A stretch of 64,000 bases of DNA from Leidyana gryllorum EB-2025a (lineage: Eukaryota > Protista > Apicomplexa), in the NCBI GenBank assembly GCA_048772705.1, contig JBLWGC010000205.1:103656-167655 (forward strand). Direction: 5' to 3'. The stretch's first letter is position 1. Every line of letters begins with the position of its first letter. This document shows positions 62,301 to 64,000 of the stretch, in pieces. A model generated the notes under the pieces. It did not search any database, was not told where the DNA came from, and saw nothing but the letters and a program-made list of their open reading frames with translations. Position numbers and translations under genes: made by a program.

Positions 62301-64000
62301 TCAGTATCTCCCCGACTCGCCGAATGCTGGCCACAGAGCCTTTCTGATTCCCCAATCGTGAAGTTCTGAGAATCTTCCTGACCACAGTCGATCAATGAGC
62401 CATTTGTGATCAGATGGCAAACGTCCTATTTTCATTTGAGACAGTCCCCACTTCGGCTGTGCCGCTTCTGACACCTCAGTGAGCAGTCCCCGATACCATA
62501 GCTGGATATGTATCAGCGGGAGTCTGCCGAAGCCTGAATGAATACCCCGCCCATACTTTATCTGCCCATTCAGCCGTCGCCAAGCCGCCGACTTGTCGGT
62601 GAACGAGGAAAGCAAATAGTCATTTATCTCGCGCTTTTCAACTCCTAAACTTTCCAGAACGAGGGCCGCAGTCTCATCTGTGTAGCGGCCGGATATCATC
62701 TCGCTGATCGCTCGAGATAGAGGGCGCGTGAAAATCACAACACTCTGGAACCCGTGCCGCAGTCGCTTCCCAGAGGACTTCCAGATTGTGTGAGCGATCA
62801 AATAAAGCCACACGAGGTTCTCGAAGTATCCGTCCCAATCACTTATTGCCACACTGTCAATGTCGAACCGCTCCAGAGCCTCTCTATATTCCGGGGCGTT
62901 CAGTCCATCCACAACCGGGGAGACACCACGGAGACCAAAGCTGAGGACGCGATGGCTCCCAGAGGGCCGTGGACAGTGTTCTGGTCGCCACGTTAGCCTC
63001 AGCTGCTGCCAAACGCTCAGCGGCAGTTCAACTCGCTCCAGTGAGGCTAAGTCAGAGAAGTCTAAGGTGTCCACTCTCACTGTCGGGTCGGCAGTATTCA
63101 CATAAACGAGACTCTTAGCCGTCGACCACTCCAACGAGTCAATTTTGAATCCGTCAGGCCATAAATAAATAACCCCACCCGATGCCGGAACAAATCCGGG
63201 GTCCTCTCGGAGTAGTGGTAGTCGCCAGATCCAATCAGGGAGGGTGGAGAGATCTCCGTTCTCAGCCAACTTCAGCCACGAAGGACACAGTATCTCACCA
63301 GGAGGCCCTTCACGCCGCAAGAACACAGAAAGCCACAGACACATACGCACCAATCCTTCCACACATTCTTTCGGAAAGAATTCACGTCGGCATCTCCACT
63401 GCTCTCTCAGGAAATCCCGAACGATTCCACATTCACTGTAGCATTACATCACAATATTTCCAACAAACTGATCGCTTACCGCTCAGTCGTCGGACATCCG
63501 TCCTCGAGATGGACACTCCCTGGTGCCGTGGGATTATTGTGTGTCCACGCCGACGGCTGTGGCAATAGCAGGTGACACACACCTGTCTTCTTCCATCTAT
63601 CATCGTGGGCGGAATCGTCTCCAAAATCGAGATTCCTCACTCCCCGCCACGCGTACTCCATCCTCGTGTCGGCTACGTATATCACTGGAAACGGCGTCGA
63701 GGGAAGGGCGGCTGTGAAAGGTATCACAACCCATTCGGCTAATGAATGGGCTATGCGATCCCGACATGCTGCCGGCGCAATCAGTGTGCGTAGCTGTGGA
63801 GCAATCAACCGCAGACGAGTGAAGGGTGGTATGTCGACATCCACAGAAAATATTTCCAAAAGCGGAAGGGTCCACGTAATCTGGAGGAGATCCCTGGATA
63901 GGGTCCGACCCACCAAGTGCAACAATCTGAGTACGGGGAGACCCTTGACCATCAAACGTTTCAGAAACTCAGTGGACGCGTCATTCTGGTCCGCGCTTGC
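62301..64000 (-). CDS. F-box/LRR-like protein copy E (5' end outside window)
   Basis: Same structure, truncated by the window edge. Confidence 0.78.

Larger units (their letters stand above)
52921..64000. repeat. Head-to-tail tandem gene array, unit 2234-2244 bp, at least 4.9 units, continuing past the right edge
   Basis: Stop codons recur at 53345, 55582, 57816, 60057 and 62301, with near-identical sequence between them. Confidence 0.98.

Noticed and set aside
53345-64000. Two-gene cassette, transposon or prophage interpretation of the 2.24-kb units
   Set aside because: A conserved 44-nt GT-AG intron fuses the two ORFs in frame. No transposase, reverse transcriptase or integrase motifs, terminal repeats or target-site duplications are visible.
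1-64000. Alternative genetic code or stop-codon readthrough to explain fragmented ORFs
   Set aside because: The breaks I traced were resolved by canonical GT-AG introns, and long intronless genes read normally in the standard code.
1-64000. tRNA, rRNA, snRNA or telomeric repeats
   Set aside because: No recognisable signatures by eye; small ncRNAs cannot be excluded without covariance searches.

Overview
This is eukaryotic, extremely gene-dense DNA with short GT-AG introns (mostly about 35-60 nt) and intronic (TG/CA)n microsatellites. Intergenic gaps are often only 12-55 nt. An HT1-type hexose transporter, TGCATGCA motifs and fermentative enzymes suggest an apicomplexan, probably gregarine-like, protist (inference). 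Bases 1-47.6 kb hold about 23 mostly spliced genes, including NDOR1, RRP36, a SKIP31-like F-box protein, pyruvate decarboxylase, proteasome beta-7, a mid-SUN protein, a UBA-PUB protein, a DA1-like peptidase, PDCD2/TSR4, an unusual GATA factor, a kinase, trehalase, a hexose transporter, an acetyl-CoA transporter, alanine aminotransferase, TAF7 and PRP3. From about 47.9 kb the window becomes an accessory region. It contains two intronless bacterial-type genes (a DcuA/DcuB C4-dicarboxylate transporter and a sugar O-acetyltransferase) and one divergent F-box/LRR-like gene. These are followed by a head-to-tail array of about 2.24-kb units, each encoding a one-intron, roughly 635-aa F-box/LRR-like protein. 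The copies are recombinant mosaics with clustered amino-acid changes. Gene models were assembled by eye, so internal exon boundaries and some termini are approximate.
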